A stretch of 64,000 nucleotides of DNA from Octopus sinensis (lineage: Eukaryota), in assembly GCF_006345805.1 (NCBI RefSeq), contig NC_043004.1:71982001-72046000 (forward strand), read 5' to 3'. Shown here in pieces: positions 25,471 to 39,516 of the stretch. The translations under genes were made by a program, and so were the position numbers. Under the pieces are notes generated by a model. It did not search any database and had not been told where the DNA came from. It saw only the letters and a list, made by a program, of their open reading frames with translations. Within the stretch, counting starts at the first letter, position 1, and every line of letters starts with the position of its first letter.

Positions 25471-26926
25471 TACGACTGGATATTGAAGCAACTACTCTCT
25501 CAGTCTAACATGTATATGATATATCTTCGTGTTTGTAATCTTCCATGATCTTGATCCATTACAATGAAATGTTTTATATGAAGAAACAAGAATCAGAAAT
25601 TTAGAAAGGATTAAACTGAAACATGAGACGATAAATTGTGTAATACTTGTAAAATCGTATAAGTTCATATCCAGATGTAGACATTGTTATATTGTTCAGA
25701 TGAAATATTTTCCTCAACTGATCCCTGTTTTCACAATTTACAGACGATCTATTTCAATACCGTTGTATTGTTGTTGTTACTAATATCAAGAATTTCGATT
25801 AGTAGGTTTAAAATTACTCTTTAACTAGAAATGATAATGATATATTATTCAGAGTCACGAGTTTCTAAGCCAAAAAATATATAATGGATTGGCTCGAATT
25901 TCTGTACATTACTTAAGCTTTTATTACAACTGTTGTATACGAAAGGGGAAGTCGAATAAAGACTGTTTAGTGGCATTTTTATTTCGAGAGATTGACTAAT
26001 ATTATCATTTATTGGCTTTTATCTAAATAAGAATGATTTCTATCTTAGAGACATCTTAGGCACATACCACACGGGAAACAGACAGATGAAAGGAAAACTT
26101 CTTGTGATTCGAAATAAGAATTTAAAGGTACGTGACTGAATACCAATGATATTTTATCAGTCGATACATATCTAGCATCCTCCGTTCAAACTCTCTTTCG
26201 AAACAGGAAATGATAATGGTAAATTTAATGTAAAGAAAGCACAAATCAGCAACACAGAATTGTAAAAACAATTGCAATTCTAATCTGTCTCTCTGTTCCT
26301 AATATAATTAATTCACTTACCTTTAACATTCATGACTGTTACAGAACTGCAAAGTAAACTTCCCTTTTAGTTGAAATTCGACCAACCAGAGGTTGCTTCT
26401 GTCTTTTAATGTTTCTTTTTCTAGTTTTGATGAATGAGCGTATTTTGTATTTCTTTTATCGTGGGTCTGGCAATTTAAGAATACAGTAAGGACATTTCCA
26501 TTGACTGATGAAACCAGTTGATTTATTTACATTGGTTTCGATAAAGATAATATGGTCTTAAAACAATATCGTCACAGTCTTTCCAACACAAACTTACTTT
26601 CGAAATTGTCGTCAGTATATTTCACTTTTCTTAAACCCCTTTTTCTTCTTTGTTGTCAGAATGCTTTACTATTGTGATGATTAGTAATTCATTAGCTTTA
26701 GCATTAGCTTCATTAGCTTTTAATTAATGTCTACTTCTATCCACCGATCATCGCAAGTAAGCCAATCAAAACAAGCTACGTGTATTTATACGGTTGATGA
26801 ACAAAAGACTTATATTTTAGCTGCCCAATATATTGATAGCTTTCAGCTTATTTGTAGATATTTCACTGGATAAATTACAAATAATGCTGTCGGAAGAATG
26901 TGTGCATATACGAATATATATATATA

Positions 26927-27322
26927 GGCGCAGGAGTGGCTGTGTGGTAAGTAACTTGTTTACCAGCCATATGGTTCCGGGTTGTCCCACTGCGTGGTAC
27001 CTTGGGCAAGTGTCTTCTACTATAGCCTCGGGCCAACCAAAGCCGTGTTAGTGGATTTGGTAGACGGAAACTGAAAGAAGCCCGTCGTATATATGTATAT
27101 ATATATATGCGTGTGTGTGTTTCTGTATCTGTTTGGTCCCCCTAGCATTGCTTGACAACCGATGCTGGTGTATTTATGTCCCGTTACTTAGCTGTTCGGC
27201 AAAAGAGACCGATAGAATAAGTACTGGGCTTACAAAAGAATAAGTCCCGGGGTCGAGTTGCTCGATTAAAGGCGGTGCTCCAGCATGGCCGCAGTCAAAT
27301 GACTGAAACAAATAAAAGAGTA
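26927..27322 (+). mobile_element. tRNA-derived SINE (full length)
   Basis: AGGCGCAGGAGTGGCTGTGTGGTAAG head, CCTTGGGCAAGTGTCTTC core, internal (TA)/(TG) tract, 3' CAGCATGGCCGCAGTCAAATGACTGAAAC; related copies at 31735, 39520, 41337 and 46816. Confidence 0.85.
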
Positions 27323-27720
27323 TATATATGTAAAACTGAGAATGTGTGTCTGTCTGTCTGTCTGTGTGTTTCCCTAAAACCCGAGAACTACATAACCAAT
27401 TTCATTCAAATTTTACACATGCCTTACTTAGGGTCCGGGGAGTGTCATCAGCAAAAACAATTTTGAACTTTTTGCCTAGGGCGAGCCCACAGCAATATAA
27501 TATCTTCTCCACTACGATTCACTAAAACTTGAGAACTACACAACCAATTCCATTCAAATTTTACACATGCCTTACTTAGGGTCCATGTAGTTTCATGGGC
27601 AAAACAAATGTTCAACCTCTTGCTTAGAGCGAACCCATAGCAATACCATATCTTCTCCACTATTTCAGTATTACGTGTTAAAAGTGAAACAAAAACGTTT
27701 CTCTATTTTATGTCAGATAC
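27323..27720 (+). mobile_element. Non-autonomous Helitron/Helentron-like (HINE-type) element
   Basis: TATATATATGTAAAACTGAGAATGTGTGTCTGTCTGT start, (GTCT)n, and two internal ~150-bp repeats (27382, 27532). Confidence 0.5.
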
Positions 27721-28039
27721 TTTCACTTTAACAATAAAAATAATAATAACAATTGAATTATATGTAGTAAGTAATAATTAAAATCAAACTAAAGTATAAT
27801 ATAATCGTAACATAACAAAAGGAAAAATAGCAATTGGTATAAAATTGCATCAATGACTTGAACTCGAATAAGTGGTTTCACATGAATGGGAATGAATTAA
27901 AAATAAAATTATCGTGCAGAAATGTAATAGTCCAGATGGATAATAAAAAATTAAATTAAAGAAAAGACTATTGTCTATAAAGTATACAATGTAAAGAAAA
28001 AAGAAGATTTGAACATATGGAGGAAAGCACCTTCGAAAA

Positions 28040-28330
28040 GTGTCTTGGTGCGACTATGAAAGGTATCTAATCAGAGGCGGTAAATTCGCCACAATAGAAG
28101 CAAGGTTCGAGTCAAATGGAGCGTGCAAGGGAGTACTCGACACGGACTTGCAAAGTGGAAATATTTTATTTTTACCTTTATATCTGGGACGTAGGACGCC
28201 CCGGAAAAAAATTAAATGCCCCTCTCCCCCCGAAGTAGAGGTAGGCTGGATTGTAACCACACTTCTATACAAGAGGGAGGACAAGATACAATCGATCGAA
28301 ATTACAAGAGACGGGCTAACAATTCCAGTC
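28040..28330 (+). mobile_element. Probable Tx1/L1-type ORF1 fragment
   Basis: LFLPLYLGRRT.RKKIK..PPEVEVGWIVTTLL resembles ORF1 remnants of the Tx1-like family; recognised from memory only. Confidence 0.35.
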
Positions 28331-28503
28331 TGTTATATATTTTGAGTATTATTATCACTAGCGATATCAAGATATAACTTTGTATTTTGTATTTTATGTG
28401 TAGATGTATATATATAGATGTACATGTAATATGTACACATATATGTACACATATATACATGCACTAGCACTATGACCCAGCAACGACGGGTCTTTAATGC
28501 TAG

Positions 28504-28554
<51 letters not shown>

Positions 28555-28771
28555 TATATATATATTATATATATATATATACAGAAAATATAGAGATTCT
28601 CGAACGCAGGAAGACTGTGAGGGCAGCTTAGAGATTATATCTGAAAATATTAAACTACGGTTTACCAACTACTGTTAACCTTACAGCAAGGCCTATACAT
28701 TATTAGATAATGCACGAATACTGCTACAGATGCATTTCACCCATAGACAGTTGCATAACCTCTAACTTATA

Positions 28772-28829
<58 letters not shown>

Positions 28830-28857
28830 GTAGAGAGAGAGAGAGCGCGATAAATAA

Positions 28858-28926
<69 letters not shown>

Positions 28927-29077
28927 CAGATATTTACATGCTTACACATATATATATGTATATATGTATATGATAATAATAAAATGTAACAACAAAAGAA
29001 TAAGACCTAGATATTAGAGAAATAGAGGATTATTTATATATGTTAAAAATTAGGTCAAACAGAAAAAGGTTGTCATT

Positions 29078-29136
29078 ATAGTACTCGGAGTTTCGAAGGT
29101 TGAAGCAAAGAGCTACAATGCATTCTCGTCGGCTAT
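29078..29136 (-). ncRNA. Hammerhead motif (family A) with U4C core change
   Basis: Minus: ATAG-CCGACGA-GAA...TTC-GAAA-CTC-C-GAG-T-A-CTAT; the downstream AT-rich segment resembles that of the 2822 and 3187 copies. Confidence 0.55.
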
Positions 29137-29744
29137 TATTGGCATCAGAAGCTATGAAAAATCGTTATATAAAAGGTACGAAAATCTAATATATGAAAAA
29201 TTAACAAAAAATTTGCTAACACGCAGCTATATTCTCAAAATACATAGACATAAACTTCCTGCGTTCACAACGTCAACAGACGTATACACACACACTCACA
29301 AATGTTTATATCCCTATCTGAAAGCTTGGGCTTTCTTTCGGAGTTTCGTTTCGACGCGGACGTTCTTCCCTCTTCCCTCAAAGGCTGTCATTACTTTCAT
29401 CGGCTGTTTTCGTTACGCTAGCACCTGCTATACGTGCACCAACAATTTGACCTCTTTGAAAGTCCAATAGATCTGTCATTTTTATGAATTTTAATTACCT
29501 TTTACTCATGATATCTAAAAATGAATAGCAATTTTAGCAAAACATATTAAACCACACTAATAATAAATTAAAATTCATACAAATAAGCAAGCTTTTGACG
29601 GTTTTATAGATATTTCAAAATTATGATGCTATGGTGCAAGGTGTTTCCATTATTTTGGCCAACCCCTGTATATATATATATATATAATATATATATATGT
29701 GTGTGTGTGTTGTGGTGTGTGTGTGTGGTGTGTGTGTGTGTGTG

Positions 29745-29775
<31 letters not shown>

Positions 29776-29787
29776 CGTGTGTGTGTA

Positions 29788-29844
<57 letters not shown>

Positions 29845-30599
29845 ACAATTCATATTGTTTTTGTCGCCAATGCAAACAAAGGACCACTTCATTGTTTCTG
29901 CAGTTTCTTTCTTTACGAAAGAAACGAATCATAAGCATCATATCTTTTGAAGTTCAATGAAATAATCACCATCAGCGTAAGGTTTTGGTGCTATTTAATA
30001 ATTAAAATATAGGAAGTTCATAAGATAGGAAAAATGTGTCTAATTAAGCGTAGGAAATGGTTATGCCACAATAGCTTTTGAGGAGAAAGAAAATAAACCT
30101 ATAAAAGATCAATCAGTAATGATTATCTATACATCGCACCTCGCTCTCTGTTACACAATCAACATCAGGAAGTTGTTGTGCCAACTTCATTTTAATTAAC
30201 CACTTCATGCTTAAACCTCAAAAGAACACCTGGGTATTTCTTGTTTAAACTTGTCCTTCCTTTCAAGTTATTAAGTTTGTTTTTCGTATTCCTTATATTA
30301 CATTTCACTAGTGAGCAAATGACCTTTAATGAACATTATATCTCTCAATATGAGCTTAAAGGGATGACGTGGTGACTCTCAGTTATGTTCTAGGTTACGA
30401 CTAACCGCATTGGTTGGTGTTTGATGTCTTTGACTATCTTGAGTTCACACTCACGCTGTAAATTCCACCGAAGCACGTGTAGGTCGTAATACCATAGAAA
30501 TATGCTGTATGAAATTGTAAAATAAAAGGAAATAAATTTTGAGGTAAAGCAAGTCTCCATATCCTATGTGGTGTTTGTCTACTCCTTATGCTGAGTCTG

Positions 30600-31480
30600 A
30601 TCACCTATTATACCGATACCTTAGATATATCATGGCGTCTGATGTGGCTTTTTAAACCAGGCAATGTTCTGGAAATACACCCACATAGATTGTATATCTG
30701 ATTTGGACCATCAAGAGCTCCAGTTAAGTTCTGATCTTTGTGGGTCTTAAAATGTCTTTTCATGCCTCCATTAGATTTGCAGACCTTATGCCATACACAA
30801 CATTGAAAAGTGTGCAAAGATATACAGGTAGAATAGTTGTAGGAGGCTCGTTTGTCGTGGGTCCTCAAATGAGATTTGAGCCCAGCAAAAGAAAGGCATA
30901 GTCTGTCACAAACTGTGCACAAAAGAAGACCACTAAAATTCAAATTCCCGATCGCAACATTCTTCTTTAAATCTCTCTTGAGTCTTGCATGTATAATCCC
31001 GGCCTCCTCAAACGCTTTCACGCCACACTTTTGTTCGCCATGCTGCACGATCCGAAGCAAAGTTTTCTATGGCCTTTGGATATATTCTAAGGGTCTTCAT
31101 GGTAGTGCTTGTGCCATCCTGAATCCACTTTTTAGGTTTGATCGATTGCGCTCATCTCTGCAAGCTTGCCATAAAACAGCTGTTTGGGTGTGCGTTCATC
31201 CTCCATTCAAACAATGAGGCCAGAACATTTCATTTGTTTTTTCAGATTCATTGATTTAATTGAAGTGATGCCTACAGATTCAATGATATCTGTGTCTGGA
31301 GTAAAGGTGCCCCGTTTGATCACTAAAATGCGGCAAAGACATTTTTGGAGGAATCGTTCTAACAATTTGAAATGTCTTTCATAACACAGACGTTTTGTAA
31401 AGAATCAATTTTGTGTTGTTATTTATGTCTTTGGCGCCAGATTGTTATTGCGATGTTTATATTAGCAAGTATTTAATCGT
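30600..31480 (-). mobile_element. RTE-clade LINE 3' end with C2H2-like fingers
   Basis: YERHFKLLERFLQKCL.RIL, MEDERTPKQLFYGKL, then CTVCDRLCLSFAGLKSHLRTH and two further finger-like units. Confidence 0.85.
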
Positions 31481-31734
31481 TTTACCTCGGCTACACTGGC
31501 GTATTGACAATAATTTTGTAGGGAATGTGCGATGGGTGTTTTGATATTGTGAAATTTGTTTGTAGTCAAGACTATAACAGGAACAAACTCGTTCGCAAGG
31601 CAAAACTCACAGAAAATAATCCGTATTTAAGAAATATTTCTCTTCTTTTTTCTCAATTAGTTTTAATGATCTAGGAAGAGAATGGAGAAACAAAACACAC
31701 ATTCCCTGTATGTCTTCTAAACTCTAAGTATTTT

Positions 31735-32115
31735 CCACTCATGAAACATATCTCGCTTCACATGGTTCCGTGTTCAATCCCACTGTGTGACACCTTGGGC
31801 AAGCGTCCTCTACTCTAGCCTCGGGCCGACCAAAGACTTGTGAGTGGATCTGGTAGACGGAAACTGCAAAGAAGCCGTCCGTATGTACATATGTGTGTGT
31901 GTGCGTTTGTGCATCTGTGTTTGTCCTACCACCACCGTTTGTCAACCGATGTTGGTGTGCTTACGTCCCCATAACTTAGCGGTTCGGCAAAAGAACTGAT
32001 ACAATAAGTAGTAGGCTTACAAAGTATAAGTTCTTGGGCCGATTTGCTCAACTAAATGCGGTGCTGCAGCATGACCGCAGTCAGACGAATGAAACAAGTA
32101 AAAGAATAAAAGAAT
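31735..32115 (+). mobile_element. tRNA-derived SINE
   Basis: Same family as 26927-27322. Confidence 0.8.
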
Positions 32116-32360
32116 GTACAAAGTTACAATTTCGCAGTGACAAAATTGTTTGTGTTTGGATCGAATTCTTGTCATATATTTTGGGGGAAATATTTTATCC
32201 GCCGTTCTTACGATTTTACCGGTCTAAACCGCTATTTCTCTCTGGAAATCACAACGGTGGCTCTAACGTAATGCAGACATGGGACAGTAACAGGAGTTCC
32301 TAACTTACGTAATTATAAAAACAATAGTAATTATTATCCGTCTTAAAATCCATATTAATA

Positions 32361-34180
32361 CTCTTTTCTACGCTAGGCACAAGGACCGAAATTTTGGGGT
32401 ACTTAATTTACCGACTCCGAAAGAATGAAAGGCAAAGTCGACCTCGGCGAAATTTGAACTCAGAACGTAGCGGCAGACGAAATTCCTATTTCTTTACTAC
32501 CCACAAGGGGCTAAATACAGAAGAGACAAACAAGGACAGACAAACGGATTAAGTCGATTATATCGACTCCAGTGCGTAACTTGTACGTATTTAATCGAAC
32601 CCGAAAGGATGAAATGCAACGTCGACCTCGGCGGAAGTTGAACTCAGAACGTAAGACAGACGAAATGCCTATTTCTTTACTACACACAAGGGGCTAAATA
32701 CAGAAGAGACAAACAAGGACATACAAACGGATTAAGTCGATTATATCGACCCCAGTGCGTAACTTGTACGTATTTAATCGAACCCGAAAGGATGAAATGC
32801 AAAGTCGACCTCGGCGGAATTTGAACTCAGAACGTAAGACAGACGAAATGCCTATTTCTTTACTACACACAAGGGGCTAAATACAGAAGAGACAAACAAG
32901 GACAGACAAACGGATTAAGTCGATTATATCGACCCCAGTGCGTAACTGGTACGTATTTAATCGAACCCGAAAGGATGAAATGCAAAGTCGACCTCGGCGG
33001 AATTTGAACTCAGAACGTAAGACAGACGAAATGCCTATTTCTTTACTACCCACAAGGGGCTAAATACAGAAGAGACAAACAAGGACAGACAAACGGATTA
33101 AGTCGATTATATCGACCCCAGTGCGTAACTGGTACGTATTTAATCGAACCCGAAAGGATGAAATGCAAAGTCGACCTCGGCGGAATTTGAACTCAGAACG
33201 TAAGACAGACGAAATGCCTATTTCTTTACTACCCACAAGGGGCTAAATACAGAAGAGACAAACGAGGACACACAAACGGATTAAGTCGATTATATCGACC
33301 CCAGTGCGTAACTGGTACGTATTTAATCGAACCCGAAAGGATGAAATGCAAAGTCGACCTCGGCGGAATTTGAACTCAGAACGTAAGACAGACGAAATGC
33401 CTATTCTTTACTACCACAAGGGGCTAAATACAGAAGAGACAAACAAGGACAGACAAACGGATTAAGTCGATTATATCGACCCCAGTGCGTAACAAGTACG
33501 TATTTAATCGAACCCGAAAGGATGAATGCAAAGTCGACCTCGGCGGAATTTGAACTCAGAACGTAAGACAGACGAAATGCCTATTTCTTTACTACCCACA
33601 AGGGGCTAAATACAGAAGAGACAAACAAGGACAGACAAACGGATTAAGTCGATTATATCGACCCCAGTGCGTAACTGGTACGTATTTATCGAACCCGAAA
33701 GATGAAATGCAAAGTCGACCTCGGCGGAATTTGAACTCAGAACGTAAGACAGACGAAATGCCTATTTCTTTACTACCCACAAGGGGCTAAATACAGAAGA
33801 GACAAACGAGGACACACAAACGGATTAAGTCGATTATATCGACCCCAGTGCGTAACTGGTACGTATTTAATCGAACCCGAAAGGATGAAATGCAAAGTCG
33901 ACCTCGGCGGAATTTGAACTCAGAACGTAAGACAGACGAAATGCCTATTTCTTTACTACCCACAAGGGGCTAAATACAGAAGAGACAAACGAGGACACAC
34001 AAACGGATTAAGTCGATTATATCGACCCCAGTGCGTAACTGGTACGTATTTAATCGAACCCGAAAGGATGAAATGCAAAGTCGACCTCGGCGGAATTTGA
34101 ACTCAGAAAGTAACGGCAGACGAAATACGGCTACTCATTTCGCCCGGCGTACTAGCGTTTCAGCCAGCCCGCCTCCTTAG
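32361..34180 (-). mobile_element. SINE with about 10 tandem 183-bp internal units
   Basis: Unit starts (AAGTCGACC) at about 32435, 32619, 32802, 32985, 33168, 33351, 33531, 33712, 33895 and 34078; one head (~34110-34178), one tail (~32361-32400); 13-bp TSD ATCCATATTAATA (32348-32360 / 34181-34193). Confidence 0.9.
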
Positions 34181-34555
34181 ATCCATATTAATATTAATTC
34201 ACTTAACTTTCCAAGTAACCCTTAAATTTAATTGAGTTTCTAACATTTTCTTTTCCTTTTTTTTTCTTTTTTCCAGTATTGCTAAAAGTGTTTCCTTTAC
34301 CTTGGTCCTGACAATTAAAGATCAAAAATAAGAAACTCTCACAGATTTTGTGAAACAAGTTTTTTTTTTTTAAATATACTGGCTTCCAAAATAATGATGT
34401 GTTGCTAACACGATGTCACCAAGTTTATTCCACCCTTGTGAAGTATGGTGATAGACTTGAATTTGCTTTACCAAAAATTCTTGAAATTATTGCCAAGTTA
34501 TATCTGCTTCCTTAAGCAAATTCTACGTCTTGATGTCCAACTTTATTCCTTTATT

Positions 34556-34590
<35 letters not shown>

Positions 34591-35688
34591 TTTGCTACTC
34601 AGATAGTTCTAATATGGAAGTTTTCAGTCTTATCATCAGCTTCGTTACATAGTTTAACAATCGGCATTCACTTCTGTCCAAAAATATTCACAAATAAACC
34701 AATGAAAACAAACCAAGTCTTTATAACAAACAAATAAGGCGTCGAGCTGGCAGAACGTTAGCACACCGGGCGCAGATGCTAAGCGGTATTTCCTCTGTCG
34801 TTACGTTCTGAGTTCAAATTCCGCCGAGGTCGACATTGCCTTCTTTCTTACGGGGTTGATAAATTAAGTACTAGTTACGCACTAGGGTCGGTCTAATCCC
34901 TTTGTCTGTCCTTTTTTGTTCCCTCTATGCCCCTTGTGGGCAATAAAGAAATAAGAAAAGAAACCAAGTCTTTATACGTTGTTGACGAAAAGTATTTTCA
35001 GCTATTGTAGTATACTGGCGGCTTCACTTTGATTATTTCTATTTCAGATTTGGTAGATTTGTTTGTTAATGCCGTGGAAAAAGGTGCTGTACAGCCATAT
35101 AAAGTAGATTTAGATATTGATGAAATGAAGGAATGATTTGTTTTGTATTCTGGGAGGTGATTAATTCTGCTTATACTCATCAGTAGACATTCCACTTCTG
35201 TATTTGGAATTCTCCTACTCCTCTGAGATATTTTTATTCACTCTTAATTCAATTAAACTAATTTTAAAGTACTTTCCAATCGCTACGTTCCAGCATTTTC
35301 CTACTCCTTTGTTTTAAATTTCCCTAATTTTTCCCCTACAATTCTCAAATTTGCTAACAGATCTTACCAATATTTTGGATTTTCTCTTTACTTTTCAACT
35401 CTGGATCATTGATTCTTATTTATTTTATTTCCTAAGACGTATATATCTATTTTATTATTTTTTTTAATTAATAGGTCCCATGTTTATATTTTTGATACAC
35501 TTTTCCGTCATTCTACATACTATTCCAACAATTTTAATAATTCTTCAATCATCGCCTTTCGCGTTTTATTTTCGTCATATGCTTCCAGTATTAAGGTGCT
35601 TCACTCACATAAACCCTAGCTGCCAATCATAATTTCCAGACACAATATTACCTCCATTCCATTCAATTTTACAATTTCACTTCTCTCT

Positions 35689-35726
<38 letters not shown>

Positions 35727-35792
35727 GCCTCTCTCTCTCTCTCTCTCTCTCAGTATATATATACATATATATATATACGTATGTATGTATAT

Positions 35793-35827
<35 letters not shown>

Positions 35828-37835
35828 TCATTAAGGAACAGTTAACGTCCAGCGAACAATAGTACGGATCATTGATCAATTTACAGTGAAATTGTATGAT
35901 AAGCAAAGTAGAAAAGAAAGTAAGCTCGTGGGTTTAAGAGAAGTAACAAGTGCGTAACTGGTACGTATTTAATCGAACCCGAAAGGATGAAATGCAAAGT
36001 CGACCTCGGCGGAATTTGAACTCAGAACGTAAGACAGACGAAATGCCTATTTCTTTACTACCCACAAGGGGCTAAATACAGAAGAGACAAACAAGGACAG
36101 ACAAACGGATTAAGTCGATTATATCGACCCCAGTGCGTAACTGGTAAGTATTTAATCGAACCCGAAAGGATGAAATGCAAAGTCGACCTCGGCGGAATTT
36201 GAACTCAGAAAGTAACGGCAGACGAAATACGGCTACTCATTTCGCCCGGCGTACTAACGTTTCAGCCAGCCCGCCTCCTTAGATCCATATTAATATTAAT
36301 TCACTTAACTTTCCAAGTAACCCTTAAATTTAATTGAGTTTCTAACATTTTCTTTTCCTTTTTTTTTCTTTTTTCCAGTATTGCTAAAAGTGTTTCCTTT
36401 ACCTTGGTCCTGACAATTAAAGATCAAAAATAAGAAACTCTCACAGATTTTGTGAAACAAGTTTTTTTTTTTTAAATATACTGGCTTCCAAAATAATGAT
36501 GTGTTGCTAACACGATGTCACCAAGTTTATTCCACCCTTGTGAAGTATGGTGATAGACTTGAATTTGCTTTACCAAAAATTCTTGAAATTATTGCCAAGT
36601 TATATCTGCTTCCTTAAGCAAATTCTACGCCTTGATGTCCTACTTTATTCCTTTATTTTATTTATTTATTTGCTACTCAGATAGTTCTAATGTGGAAGTT
36701 TCCAGTCTTATCATCAGCTTCGTTAGATAGTTTAACAATCGGCATTCACTTCTGTCCAAAAATATTCACAAATAAACCAATGAAAACAAACCAAGTCTTT
36801 ATAACAAACAAATAAGGCGTCGAGCAGATGCTAAGCGGTATTTCCTCTGCCGTTACGTTCTGAGTTCAAATTCCGCCGAGGTCGACATTGCCTTCTTTCT
36901 TACGGGGTCGATAAATTAAGTACTAGTTACGCACTAGGGTCGGTCTAATCCCTTTGTCTGTCCTTTTTTGTTCCCTCTATGCCCCTTGTCAGCAATAAAG
37001 AAATAAGAAAAAAAAACAAGTCTTTATACGTTGTTGACGAAAAGTATTCTCAGCTATTGTAGTATACCGGCGGCTTCACTTTGATTATTTCTATTTCAGA
37101 TTTGGTAGATTTGTTTGTTAATGCCGTGGAAAAGGTGTTGTACAGCCATATAAAGTAGATTTAGATATTGATGAAATGGAGGAATGATTTGTTTTGTATT
37201 CTGGGAGGTGATCAATTCTGCTTATACTCACCAGTAGACATTCCACTTTTGTATTTGGAATTCTCCTACTCCTCTGAGATATTTTTATTCACTCTTAATT
37301 CAATTAAACTAATTTTAAAGTACTTTCCAATCGCTACGTTCCAGCATTTTCCTACTCCTTTGTTTTAAATTTCCCTAATTTTTCCCCTACAATTCTCAAA
37401 TTTGCTAACAGATCATACCAATATTTTGGATTTTCTCTTTACTTTTCAACTCTGGATCATTGATTCTTATTTATTTTATTTCCTAAAACGTATATATCTA
37501 TTTTATTATTTTTTTTAATTAATAGGTCTCATGTTTATATTTTTGATACACTTTTCCGTCATTCTACATACTATTCCAACAATTTTAATAAATTCTTCAA
37601 TCATCGCCTTTCGCGTTTTAATTTTCGTCATATGCTTCCAGTAATAAGGTGCTTCACTCACATAAACCTTAGCTGCCAATCATAATTTCCAGACACAATA
37701 TTACCTCCATTCCATTCAATTTTACAATTTCACTTCTCTCTCTCATTCTCTCTCTCTCTCTCTCTCTCTGTCTGCCTCCCTCTCTCTCTCTCAGTATATA
37801 TATACATATATATATATATATACATATGTATGTAT

Positions 37836-37905
<70 letters not shown>

Positions 37906-38120
37906 TATTAGAGACAAAACCACTATTTTGCAAAACAAACAAGGAAAGACTTAATCAATACATAAAATTTTAATAAATAGTCAAAAATATATATTCATTA
38001 AGGAACAGTTAACGTCCAGCGAACAATAGTACGGATCATTGATCAATTTACAAGTGAAATTGTATGATAAGCAAAGTAGAAAAGAAAAGTAAGCTCGTGG
38101 GTTTAAGAGAAGTAACAAGT
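33849..38120 (+). repeat. ~2.1-kb tandem duplication (33849-35950 / 35951-38120)
   Basis: Colinear copies; the junction AACAAGT|GCGTAAC shares AGT microhomology; scattered substitutions plus a ~28-bp and a ~90-bp indel. Confidence 0.9.
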
Positions 38121-39419
38121 TGAAACAAGAAATGGCCGTGTATAATTTTAGGCATTGTGACAGAAACTGGTCAATTAATTGTAGGATCACAAAAATGGTA
38201 ATTATCAGAATAACTTCCGGTTGCTGAATGTGAAACATAAACTAACAGCAAGTCAATACAAACTCACTCTCTATTGATTTCAGGTTTTTTTTTCTGGATA
38301 ATAATCTAGGTACGTTTTAATTAACGAAAAATGCCGTTAATAAAATCACTACGTAACACATATCCAAATACCAGCTCTTAATTCAGTTTCGTAAAGAAAG
38401 AAAAACAGTATATGTTAAAAAATAAGAATTAGTAGAAAGGTTTTTTTGTGTTTTACAACGTACAAAAGAGGTTTGGAGACAGTGAAACGTTCTGTTATTC
38501 AGACACGCGTTATAAATATTCCATATTTTTTCTGTGTTTGCAGTCATATCTAAAATTATAAATAACGAGGCTGACTGTAAAACTAACAATTTACTGATGA
38601 TCCAAATATCAAAGCATTCAGGAGAGAAAAGACGAACACCATAAGGATTCAAGTTTAAAAAGTGTTGAAGAAACTGAAATAACCTGACAACAGCATCTAG
38701 AGTTAGAAGGAAAGTAAGTTCTAGTTGTTCACTTATCTTTACGAGGGTGGAAAATGTCTGATGGTATTCTTTTAAGAACATCTTTTTCGAAGCCATATCT
38801 AAACGATTCAACTGATTGCATCAATCTATAATAGTGTCCTAAATATATTCTTTTATCCAAATATGGAAAAAGAAACATCAAAAAGCAGAAGATATTTTCC
38901 CCAGTGAGACACCTGTGATTGATCAATTTTCAAGATAAGGTGAAGTTTACTTAGCAACTCTGTAACAGTCATGAATCTTAAAGGTAAGTGAATTAATGTT
39001 ATTAGGAATCGAAAGAGAAATAGTAACTGCAATGGGTTATCTTTTATGTTTTGATTGATTCTGTCATTCGACTGCTATAATACTGGGACACGGCCCTGAA
39101 GGGTTTTATACGAAAACATTGACGCTAAGACATAGTTTTTAACCCTAGTATATATTCCATCGGTCTCTTGTGCCGAACCACTACGTTACGAGGAAGTAAA
39201 CACACCAACACCGTTGATCAAGCAGTAATTGGGGAACAAACACACACACACATACACTCACACACTCACACACATACATATAGTATATATATATATATAT
39301 AAATAATAGAGATCCAAAAAAGTGACGGAAGGTACTGACTAGAACCCACTTCACTTTTGTGAGCTCTATTAATTTTTACTAGTAGTTTCTAATTGCTAAT
39401 AAGCCACCCTTTTCATCTG

Positions 39420-39516
<97 letters not shown>

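Noticed and set aside
26500-26560. CTGATGA followed by an AACCAG/TTGGTT stem
   Set aside because: GATA replaces GAAA and there is no stem I or III; at best a very decayed hammerhead.
30608-31060. Host C2H2 zinc-finger gene
   Set aside because: It is contiguous with a decayed RTE ORF C-terminus and the finger spacing is irregular.
32400-34100. CRISPR array or an independent satellite
   Set aside because: The units are identical end to end with no unique spacers and lie inside one TSD-bounded SINE.
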